From the NCBI GenBank assembly GCA_964187785.1, contig OZ076415.1, positions 46,376,001-46,440,000 on the forward strand: 64,000 nucleotides of DNA. Direction: 5' to 3'. A model generated the notes under the pieces. The model saw only the letters and a program-made list of their open reading frames with translations. It made no database searches and was not told the DNA's origin. A program made the position numbers and the translations under genes. Shown here piece after piece: positions 11,646 to 22,022 of the stretch. This DNA is from Amphiscolops sp. MND2022 (lineage: Eukaryota). How positions within the stretch are numbered: the stretch's first letter is position 1; the number at the start of each line of letters is the position of its first letter.

Positions 11646-12011
11646 CTATTTAGTAGCCAATTGAAGGGCAGAGCGGAACTTTTGGTACACTTTATCCACC
11701 ACAGTCTCAGTATCTCGATTATTCAAGTTTTCTTTCTTCGCCATTTCTCGCACTGTATGCTTTCCAACCATTATTCGTTGTTCAACAATCATGCGGCAGA
11801 CTCTTTCAATGTGTTTTTGGAGCGTTTTATGCGGCTTCGAAAAATTCAGCATGCTTTTTTCGATCTTTTTCCACATTTCTTCTTTATTTCGGCGCAGTGA
11901 ACGCGAACTTTGCGGCAGATTTTCAACCAGTTTTTTATTGGAAGGGCGGTATTCGTCTGTTTCCTGGGAAGGCTGTGGATTCTCGCTGTCGACTATAACA
12001 AATTGAACCAT
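11646..12011 (-). CDS. 121-aa ORF directly after the recombinase; possible C-terminal part or separate small helical protein
   Basis: Plausible charged helical sequence. The ATG lies 4 nt after a strong acceptor (TTTGCCTGTAG at 12016). Confidence 0.4.
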   Translation of the reverse strand: MVQFVIVDSENPQPSQETDEYRPSNKKLVENLPQSSRSLRRNKEEMWKKIEKSMLNFSKPHKTLQKHIERVCRMIVEQRIMVGKHTVREMAKKENLNNRDTETVVDKVYQKFRSALQLATK

Positions 12012-13913
12012 TTAGCTACAGGCAAACGATATGTTGAAATTAAAAAAACAAAAAAGCATGGGAAAGCACAATATTATTTCAAATTTACCTTCAGTTTGAG
12101 ATTCACTAATAGCGGCATCTGGAGCTTCTATGGCTTCCCCAGGAACTACAGGCTCGTCTTCAGACGGTGAGAGCTCATTTGATGGCCAATGAGAACAACC
12201 CTGGGCATCTTGTGGCTCTTTCAACTGCTTTAGATATGCAGGATCTTCCAAAATTTTTTCTTGCAGAGACAAAATTCGCTCAATTTCATCATCGGTGGGG
12301 GGCTTGGAGTAAAATTTCTTCCTTGTAGCTTCTGAATGGCCACTGTTAGCCTCATAGGCGGCTCGTAAGTCCTCTGTAACGAACTTGTCCTTCTCCAGCA
12401 TTGTGTCCCAGTGCTTTCTAATTGAATTTGGACCGAAAGTATATGGCTTCAAGTCAAAATTCCGTCCTATAATCGTGTTGATTGTAGTCGCCTGAGCTGT
12501 CAATTTACCATCGTCTGCGTTGGGAAACGCCAGAATAGCAACCCGACCATGCATTTGCTCATAAATTTCGTGGAAAGTTGTCAACCACTCCAAATTTTCC
12601 TCCGACAGTTTGCAGAAATTGGTCATAATATGGCCGGTTTTATGTTTGTGGGTGCGGCGGATGTCTGTATTGACGGTATCCAACTCCTCCTTTGTCATGT
12701 TTAGCAAACCACCAGCTCTACAATTAGTGCGCGCATGAATGAGGAAGAAAATTGATGAAATTATTTCACTCATTGTCAAAGTACGGGGGCCTTCTCCTTG
12801 TTTTCGTCGCTTACAGGGAAGCTCTCGTGATTCTCGAAATTGACAAAGGGCCTCTTGCAATAACTCGCGAACACCTTTTACTGCCTTTGAAAGCACCTCA
12901 ACGGGAGGGATTTGATTGTAGCGCTCTTCCCGCTTCTCAAACGCTTCCTGTGTTGCTGGTTTACGAATGGAACGCATGTATGTTTCAATCTGAGTCTCCC
13001 AGCTGTTGAAAGGAATTTTTTGCGACTTGTCACCAGTGCTTTTGAGGAAAAACAAAAAGTTTTTCAAATCGAATAATAACTTCTTCATGGACACCAAAGA
13101 GTACTGTTTTTGGGCCTGATACATTGTCAAAATCCTTGGCAAGTCAGAACAGTTTCGCATGTTGCCACAATTCGAATAGACGTGCGTTAGAAAGGCTTCA
13201 ACGTACCCAGGCACAGGTGCATCTTGCAGGTCGATTTTGAACTGGGCGAAATCTTTCATAATTCCAAAGATTTTTGAAGAGACCCGACCCTCTCCTTTGA
13301 TGAATGCACTCACCTCTGGTGGAAAAGTATCATATCCGGCTTTGTCATTGACTTTTATGATGTTGTGGCCAGGATTTTGTTGCAAATGTCGTGTTTTGTT
13401 GGCAGTTCTTAGCATGCAATCGACGCACTCCCAAACTCGCCCAGCAGCAATTCGGGTGTGGTGGTAGCTCAGAATGAACCTTTTGACGCGGTCTTCGCAA
13501 TGATGGACCTTGTTCAGATGTTGATACATCTTTTTGACTTCTTTTCGGCAGATTACACATTTTACCAGGTCGGCTTTTGGGCGTTTTCCGTACGATTTTG
13601 GGCTACAAATCCTTCGTTTACGAAGCAATCCTGGGTCGACTTCTTTTGGAGGCGGGGACTCAGTTTCGCATTGGCCCTGCGACAAGCCCAGAGGCTGTGA
13701 GTGCTGAACTAAACTGAAATTCGCCATTTCTAAAGACGGATCTTGGAGCAGTTCATCGACAATGCCTGATGTACGGGGCGTTAAAGTCAGATTTTGGCTG
13801 AAAATGGGCTCAGCGCTGTTATCAATGGCATCTGAGGGAGCCTTGGAAGTCGTCGGAGTAGCAAGATTAATGTTTGAGACTTCTTCAGTAACTTTTTGAC
13901 TTCTCGTCTTCAT
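12012..13913 (-). CDS. Tyrosine recombinase (phage-integrase fold, Crypton-like) with two N-terminal C2H2-type zinc motifs
   Basis: Catalytic signature in the correct order: TNC-R-AGGLLNM, H-K-TG, NSI-R-K (HxxR position), SG-H-SEAT, RKKF-Y. Also CVIC-x7-HLNKVH and CVDC-x8-HLQQNPGH. 633 aa uninterrupted. Confidence 0.85.
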   Translation of the reverse strand: MKTRSQKVTEEVSNINLATPTTSKAPSDAIDNSAEPIFSQNLTLTPRTSGIVDELLQDPSLEMANFSLVQHSQPLGLSQGQCETESPPPKEVDPGLLRKRRICSPKSYGKRPKADLVKCVICRKEVKKMYQHLNKVHHCEDRVKRFILSYHHTRIAAGRVWECVDCMLRTANKTRHLQQNPGHNIIKVNDKAGYDTFPPEVSAFIKGEGRVSSKIFGIMKDFAQFKIDLQDAPVPGYVEAFLTHVYSNCGNMRNCSDLPRILTMYQAQKQYSLVSMKKLLFDLKNFLFFLKSTGDKSQKIPFNSWETQIETYMRSIRKPATQEAFEKREERYNQIPPVEVLSKAVKGVRELLQEALCQFRESRELPCKRRKQGEGPRTLTMSEIISSIFFLIHARTNCRAGGLLNMTKEELDTVNTDIRRTHKHKTGHIMTNFCKLSEENLEWLTTFHEIYEQMHGRVAILAFPNADDGKLTAQATTINTIIGRNFDLKPYTFGPNSIRKHWDTMLEKDKFVTEDLRAAYEANSGHSEATRKKFYSKPPTDDEIERILSLQEKILEDPAYLKQLKEPQDAQGCSHWPSNELSPSEDEPVVPGEAIEAPDAAISESQTEGKFEIILCFPMLFCFFNFNISFACS

Positions 13914-14362
13914 TTTAATTGAAATTGAACAAAGACGCTCTTGTTGTAAATTATCAAATTTTCTGAAATTCTTGATTTCGAATGTAGTTTTTTAAAATTT
14001 AGATTAAGAAAACAAGCAACTATTCAACAGATTAGGAAAACCAAATGTGTCTAGTTTACATAACTGTTATTTATATTACCAATTACTAGATGAAATGTTA
14101 CGTAACAGCTGCCGAACGAGTGCAGAAAGCTTCCGGTGGAAGCGACAGCCACGCTCGCTGTGGTAATTTTCCGAGACGAAAATTTCTCGGAATTACGTCA
14201 TAAGGCAGCTTGCGTTCAACTCGGTTTTGGAATGGTTTTCCGAGATGGTACCACATCTATATGGTCTCACTTACCTTTGAAAGTTGGGCGGAGGAGCGGT
14301 GTTGTAACCCGTGTTTTGAGAGGCGAGAGCGCCAATGTCTCGCAGGAGCGCTTATGTAGTCT

Positions 14363-14497
14363 NNNNNNNNNNNNNNNNNNNNNNNNNNNNNNNNNNNNNN
14401 NNNNNNNNNNNNNNNNNNNNNNNNNNNNNNNNNNNNNNNNNNNNNNNNNNNNNNNNNNNNNNNNNNNNNNNNNNNNNNNNNNNNNNNNNNNNNNNNN
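14363..14497. other. Assembly gap
   Basis: Run of 135 N. Confidence 1.
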
Positions 14498-15165
14498 TTG
14501 ATGGTGAAAATGAGTAACTAGTGAATAGCGTAGTATTTGAGTGGAGAAAACGAAGTGGAGGTTTATTTGATAGTAACACACTTCATGCCGTCGAGATGAC
14601 TCATAGTCCGATGTATTGGTAGTAATTTAATTATACTTGATTGTGTACCAGTAGAGCTTTGCTGTCTGAGTGACTTTATGTTCATCTCACGCGCACAACT
14701 GTTATTAGTACTGATCAGAGTATACTATTTGTTTCTTCAAGCAGTATCACTTGGGCTATTTGTTGTACTTTGTATCCCAAATAGTCTCTCTGACCATGAG
14801 TTTCAAATTTATCCGTGATCTTCAACGGTAATTTCCTGGTTTTCCCTTTCATTGTCAATTTGATTGACTGAAAACTCAGCAACAAATTACCCGTATCCAA
14901 TTTCAACTGCACAGACAACCTTTAAGCAATTTGCGAGAAATTGTGCGAAACAACCTCAATTATTTCTGGACTATTGGGCCGCTAAAACAACCTCCTGTTC
15001 GAGACTTCAACTGAAATTGTATCGTCTTCTCTTTGTACAACAACTGAGCCACATCAATTTTGCTGCGCAACTATGGCAACAGCATCAGGTTGGATCTTTT
15101 GAATGTGCTAAAATTAGGCTTGATCAGGGCTCTAACTTTAACTAAGTTACTTCCTCCATCGTGAA

Positions 15166-18100
15166 ATGTTCGCTGTGAGCGTGAACATTATGTCAAAAGT
15201 ACTTCCGGAAGAAAATTTCAAATGCGGTAAAATGGATTCGTATTCAGGAAGTGAGCCGCGTTTATTCATCTCATTTCGCTTAGGTAATGAGCATACTGAC
15301 CAACCGTCTCAACCTAGTACAGAAGAGGAGCGAATGGAGACGAATGAATCATTCGTTACGGCGCCGTCCATAGATGAGGTCTCCCCTGAGAGAGAAAAAG
15401 TAGCTGGAACTCAAGAGGATAGAGGGCTGCCGTCTGACAGACCCGAAGGCTCAGCAGAAATCTCACCTGGCCCACAAGCCATTGTCGCTGGTGACGCGTT
15501 GTCCACCAGGCAAAATGATGATTCTGATGAGATACTGTTACAGACTCGCTCTGGACTTGCGAACAAAGGACATCAAGTTGGCTCGAGCGGATCAGCTGAC
15601 ACTCCCCCTTTCGCTCCTAACACGCTGAATGCAGATAGCAGTAGTACGGATGAAAGTTGTAGTGCCTACCTTGCCCCTAAATGGGAGCAGTTAGGCGATG
15701 TGCCCGAATCCAAACTCCTTAGTCAGGGTACCACAGAAATGGAGAAATCAAGCCTGAGCGTTGCCCTCGATCTTACCCCTGGTCAAGGCGGATTAGACGA
15801 TGAACAGGAAGATTCTGATTCAGTTCCGGCAGTTACCTTTCTCGATTCCCGCAAATACCCTGCCAAAGGTATCATCAAATCTTCTTATGGCCCTCCGGAA
15901 CCGAAAATCCAAAAGCTCTGTGTGAAGATTGGCAGTGAGAATAAAGTCCACTCGATTCCCGTCCTTTTGACTGAGGGTAATTCTGACAACGAAGGCGGCA
16001 CCACTTCAAATGAAAAGTTTGGGACCTCAGAGCCCGAAGAGCCCACCGTAATGGGAGCAAGTAAGAAGACTGACAGAGAAACTGATCGGGAATCTGCTGG
16101 GCTTACTGGATCAACTGTAGCCGACGCTTTGTTCGCACCAGAAAGATCGACACATTTCAGAGTTAGTGACACTGCCAGCGTTACTTCCGTTGATTTTCCC
16201 GAAATTCCGTCGCGGACCGCTGAGCTATCCAGTGGCAGCAGGGCTCTAATAAGTATTTTGAAGCTGCGACTCCCATCAGATTATCCCCAGGACATCCAAC
16301 TCTCGCTCTGAACGAGGAACAAGTTTGCCACATGTTGAAAGTTGTGGCTGATGAAGCTGTTAGATCGTTTTTGAAAGCCATGGAGCATCTAGTCCAACAG
16401 ACTAGTCGCCTGAATCTTGGGTCATTGCGAGCACCTCCAGCTGTTGTTTCCAAAAGAATTCGTTCTCCTTGCCGCATAAGCGACGCCGGGTCCCAATCCG
16501 GATTCACGTCAGGCAACGCAAGTGACACAAGTGGAGCTTTGAGGAGTGATGAGGAATGCGCTAGCCTTGGATACGTATATGAGCATTCCGATCTTGAAAG
16601 TCAATCTTTCGTCCCTCCTCCTATAGGTCCTGCGGGATGCAGTTGCGCTGACGTCAGGTCCACTGGGGATCAATTCCAAGTAGACAGCCCCGGTGCACAG
16701 ACATTGGCAACACTGAAGAATGAGGCTATTGCAGAAAAGTTGAAACCCAGATCCCAAAAGAAGCTTCGGAAAGGTTCCTCGCTAGACACAGGGAAAAGCG
16801 GTCACAGAGTTCCACGTGGGTGCAAGATAATGAAGGAAGCATACTTTAAGGGTATGGAATGGACCAAAACTTTTGTTTCCGGACCTGTTGACCCCCAATG
16901 GAACCGATACAAGTTCTATTGCCAAATTTGCATGGGCAATATTTCTATTTACGGCAGAGGGGCCCGCGAGATTCTGCGTCATCGTGCCACCGAACGTCAC
17001 CTTAGGAAGGACCAGAGATGGCGGTATGAACACCTAAGTGTCGAAGATCCAATAACCAAGGCGGTGAAACACTTTTCGGGGAAGAGATGGACGGTTATTG
17101 ACCCCTTACGAACTTGAACTGGATTACCGAAGTTTGTGGATGCTGAGCTTGTTGAAATCGGGAAGAAGCTGCCTTTTTATGAGAACTACATGCAGGGCAC
17201 TGAGTACATGGCTTCGTCATCTGAGAACAAGGTGAAAATACAGACGTCCGTTCTTGGTCAATACCTCCGCAGCTATGGAGACATTGGGACTCTGAGGACT
17301 TTCTGGCGTGACATCGGTGTGGTCGTGAACCACCAGTCCCTATTTACTGACTTCGACTGGAGCAAGGAGCGTTTGTCAGTAAGTATTGTTTCTCGTCAAA
17401 ATGACCTTAGGTCCACCTAGGCTATTTAAATTTCTCCTAATCTGATAGTAAGCATCTTGGTGTTGTTGTAGGTGCTATTCCACCACTTGTTCTTACGTAC
17501 TATCCACGACATTGGGACTCATGTGGTTGCATCGGGAAATACTCGCTGGAATTTGTGAAGCAAGGGGTCTTCCTCTTCATCTTTATACGATTCTGGAGGA
17601 AAGACGAATTGTGCAGGGTCTTTTTGAAGCGAACTGGGAGAGTCTGGGACAGTCTGCCGCTGAGCTGTGCCTCATTAGCTTTGTCATGGCTGCCTTCTCC
17701 ACTCGTCCAAACATTGTGAGCTGTTCTGGGAGTACTTTGGAGACCATCAATCTAATTGACAATTCTCCTTATAGCAAACATGGCCTGCAGCGACCACTGA
17801 GGTTCGACGACTTCTCGATCGCCAAACTGATGCATAAACAGTGTCTTTGGGCGAATAAACTTCCATTGAGTCTTGAAGTACCTCATCATCTTCTTGGGTG
17901 GAAGTTTAGATTGTGATTGGACCTTGCTCACTCCAGTACTAGCTAAGGTTCGTATCTATTAATGTTTACCATTGCATGCTCCCAGGGTCAGTCATTTATA
18001 GTTCCGGTTTCTGTAGGCAGTTCGTAAATATCAGATTGAGCTGGACACCCTAACCACCTTGTGCCAGGAGCTATTGGCACATTGTCCTAGTGTGACAAGC

Positions 18101-19597
18101 TACTTGAACACCCATGCACCCACGCATGAGATGATTGGAGTGAAAAAACAAGTAAGTTTCTGCCGTCACTGTGACGTTAGGTCCATTTGGGTTTGGTACT
18201 TCAATCTAGTCTTGTATTCCAGCCTCAAAAGTTGGAGCGAGCAGTGCTTCATGACGACTTGTTCTTATGCCGCCTTGAGCTTTTCTACAGATTAGTTCGT
18301 GACTGTTAGTTTGTCTCTTTGAATGCTTCTGCATAAACGATTGTTCCATCCATTTGGATTTTCTTCTTTGCAATGTGTTTTGTTTCTAGACACCACCAGC
18401 TTTGTCCCTAATTTGGTTGAAAGACGGGATCACGGATTTCACATTTACAGACAACTCTGTTTGTATCTATTCAAGCTAGGGAGGCGATGCATCAAGCCTA
18501 AGAGCCTTCCACAAGAATCCGATTTGTCTGGTATACTCAGCGTTTCCTCGTCCGATGCCAGAGCTCTCGTGATTCCCGATTTCCTTGCGCGGTCAAAACT
18601 GGACCAGAGACTCAACGTCGCCCGCAAGCTTAAAGCTGAAAAGGACCGTAGTGGAAAACCTGGTAGCAGAGCTAATCTTCCCAAGGTTATAAAAGAAAAC
18701 AAAGATGAGTTTGGACGTCTTGGGCGCAGTTATGTGGCTTATCTATTTCATGCAGCTCAGAGTAATCTCCAGTTGACTTCAGACATCGTAAAAGGCTTGG
18801 GTTCCTTTGATCTTGACATTATGTTCTGTGCTCCTCTAGGTCAAGCCTTATATTGTTTCAAGCAACTCTTCAGATGTTTCCATTTACGTAACTATTTCCA
18901 GCCCGATGATGAGTCTCTTTGTACAGAAGAATACTTATCTTTCCTTCATGATTTGAGAAAGGAGATGCCCGAGCTCAGACAACCAAGAGTCATAATCACC
19001 GATGCCGTCTCGTTCATTTCAAGACATGATGCTTTACAGTCTCGCTCTCATCTGCTGCGCATTTTTCGCCTCAGTTGCCTGTGTTTGGATGAAAGCTACA
19101 CAAGAATGCCCATTGTCAAATTTGGCCCTGTTAGTACAGACGACCCCAAGAGCAAATTAATTGACACTATTCTTCCTGTACAGTCGTTTTTTATCAACGT
19201 TGGGCGGGGCATCGATGCGCTTACCACTTCCTCTTCAGCTTCCGACTTCTTGGCCCTTGAGTCCACATTTGGAGATACTGCCTTTTCCGACACGTATAAC
19301 CCATGGGAGGGCTTGGACCATTTCAGCCGAGCCGACATTCTTTGTGCCTTGAAGCCTGGACCTTCGAAACGACGGGCGGATACTCGGGATGTGAGACTGA
19401 AGAACCCAAAATCTGGTGGTGTTTCAAAGGGTCTCCCCCGACGAGTTCCAAGGGTTCGCCTGTTAAGCGCCAATCAGATATCGAACTGCCACTGGGATCG
19501 AGTGTTTCCTTTTCCGATAACAAACGATTTTAATTGTAGTATATGTACATTTGTATTTATTTGCATTTGTATATTATATTTGCTTGATTGTCCATGA
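15166..19597 (+). pseudogene. Multi-exon zinc-finger gene resembling a hAT transposase without catalytic motifs, antisense to gag-pol
   Basis: Low-complexity N-terminus (15166-16311), then a BED-like finger FYCQICMGNISIYGRGAREILRHRATERH (16332-17117). GT-AG introns at 17379-17471, 17948-18016, 18152-18222 and probably 18299-18389. C-terminal ORF to 19597. Several frameshifts and stops. Confidence 0.7.
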
Positions 19598-19760
19598 GGT
19601 TTCTTGATGTTGAGTTTGGTGTTTTGTTTAATTTCTGTTTAGTTGTCATGTTGTATCGTTAGTCATTAGTTTTGTTGTGGATTACACAGTCAGACTGGAC
19701 CCTAATAATGGTTTGATTGACACAATCGAAACAATGGGCCAGGTAATTTACTTATTCTGA

Positions 19761-21554
19761 CTAGTATCTGTATTCATCAGAAAAGTTGGGGGTAGGATTG
19801 GGGCGTAGGGTATATTTCCCTCCCCTAGGACCTTCGTTTTCTACAACGTAATCATCAGTTTCTTCAATTAATACATCGGGCACGGGTGTATCGTTCCCCC
19901 CGGAAGTTGAAATTTTCTGATTTTTTATCCCTGGGAGAGTCTTGATTGGTCAAATCATCGTTTTCCAATTCGGTACTTTGGTGCCGTGGACCGAACTGAC
20001 GGTCCTCATTAGGTAGGTCGCACGCGTACTGTTCGGAATTATCAGACTCAGTATTTGTTTGCCGTCGAGCGGACCGAAGGTCCGCTTCAGCTACTTCGCG
20101 TGAGAGTGAGTCATTACAAGCAGCGTCAGCATTAGTGGCGTCAGTATTTTCTTGCCGCCGCGTGGACCGAAGGCCCACATCCGTGATTATATCGTCTTGT
20201 TCATCAGAATGAGTAGGATAATCGCTAGGAATGATCCGCTGCTCAGTACTAGGAGGGAAATCATCAAAATTGGTTTCCCATGAAATAATGTACAGGTCAT
20301 CTTGTGGAATGATAATTTCATCATCAGCTTGTAAATTGCCTTCAGGGCGAATGTCTTGTAAGGGAATGTTAGGAGTGTATTTTTCTAAGGCGTATCCGGT
20401 GTAAAATATGCGTTTTGTTTGAATTAAGCTTGAGTACAATATAATTTCCATTAGGGAGGTACTTTTCGATGACATAAGGTCCAACCCATCGGAATTCTCG
20501 AAAAGGGATTTTGGAACCCTGATGGTCAGCTAATGGCTGCAAAATGAAGCAGAAATCTCCTTGTTCTAAGGGAGCTGCTTTAGCTATCCTGTCGTAATAT
20601 TCTTTGTACTTTAAGTATGATTGCATAATATTTTTCTTGGATTTATCGATAAGAATCTGAGTGCGTCGTTGTAGTTCTTCGGCAAAATCAGTTGTTGGTA
20701 TGATTTTCGGGTTGAGGTTCAGGCCTGACCGATGGTCCAGGATGTTATGAGGCACTCGACCGTGAACAATTCTAGATGGCTCACAACCTAGGCTAGAGTG
20801 GTAGGTTGTATTGTAGTTAAGGACTGCCAACGGAAGGTATTCATGCCATTGGCGTCTGTATTCTCCTGATGCCATTTTAAGGTTTCCTTTAAGGCTGGCA
20901 TGAGTTCTCTCTAGTTTACCTATGGTCTGAGGGTGCTTTGTAGTCGCGCATTTTAGTGTAATGCCCAAAATTTTTGTTACTTCCTCGACGATGCGAGACG
21001 TAAAGGCTGTTCCTTTGTCTGTAATAAGCGTCGTTGGCAGATACGTGTGTCGAGTCATGATGTCAATGAGAACTTTTGCTGTACTAATGGCCGAAGCGTC
21101 CGTTACAGGATACGCAAAGAGGTATCGGGAGAAAACGTCTAAAGCTGTTATGATGTTTTCGTACCCTCCACTTGGTGGTAGATTTGGTAATAGGTCAATT
21201 TGTAAGGCATCTTCCGGGCCTAGGTCCCATTCAGGCAAGTTTAGTAATTCGGGTGTTATTGATGCGTTTGCGATCCGTTTGTCTTTGATGCAGATTTCAC
21301 ACCCTTGGACCCATTTTTTGACAATTTTTGCAACGCCAGGATAGTAGTTTTTTTGACGTATCTCATGAAGCATTTTAAAATTTCCGGATGTTTATTCGCA
21401 GTGCCATGTAAGGATTGGAGTAATTCAGTGACAAGTTTTGGTAGTAGCTCCTGGCGAAATTGGACACTGCCGGTTTCGTCATAATAGTCTCTGTAGATGA
21501 TATCTTCATGAACGGACAGACGGTCAAGTTGACGGCAGTAGTGTCGGTGACGTG
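19761..21554 (-). pseudogene. pol: pol of the giant element: integrase and C-terminal tail (frameshifted)
   Basis: Zinc-binding H..H/CEIC, LQIDLLPN, ITDKGTAF, IGKLERTH. Ends PRGGKYTLRPNPTPNFSDEYRY* (stop 19761-19763). Confidence 0.92.
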
Positions 21555-21860
21555 TCAATCTTCGTGTCTAACGTGTCAATGAAGTAAGAAAAAAAAGGCT
21601 CCTAGAAGACAACAACGATCGCCGTTGGCTTTACAGAGGCATTTCTCGAAGCATCTACAGGGTCGAAAAACACACTACCCGAGACGAGCCTAGGGCCATT
21701 AGTGGAATTCGCTCCATCTTGAAGAACCGAGTACTTCGGAAAGCCTTCTGCCCCCAGATCGACAAACAAGGTCACCCCCGAACATACGAGTGCCCTCCAG
21801 GTGCCCGCGCTAAGTCACGTAAGCTGAACTTGTCTTCAGGTAAGCGACTTTCCTGTTTAA

Positions 21861-21986
21861 GCTACTACGGTACTTCTTCAAGTTCCTCGTAGCTATCGAC
21901 CATTCCGCTACTACGGTACTTCCTTAAGTTCCTCGTAGCTATCGCCTGATTCTGCTACAACGGTACTTTCTTAAGTTCCTCGTAGC
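21861..21986 (+). repeat. Three 46-47-bp tandem units in the leader of the nested element
   Basis: Units gctactacggtactt...aagttcctcgtagc start at 21861, 21907 and 21954. Confidence 0.9.
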
Positions 21987-22022
21987 AATTGTCTATGCGC
22001 TGTATTCCCTCTTCTTACGCCC

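Noticed and set aside
9534-13913. env gene or DIRS-type element as the explanation for the cargo
   Set aside because: No signal peptide, furin site or TM anchor was seen. The element has direct TG...CA LTRs, a TSD and a DDE integrase, unlike DIRS.
14136-14581. ORFs 14136-14501, 14267-14581, 14335-14517, 14352-14579
   Set aside because: Artifacts of translating through the N-gap.
21861-21986. CRISPR-like array
   Set aside because: The units are contiguous near-identical tandem repeats without unique spacers, with no cas genes, in a eukaryotic retroelement leader.
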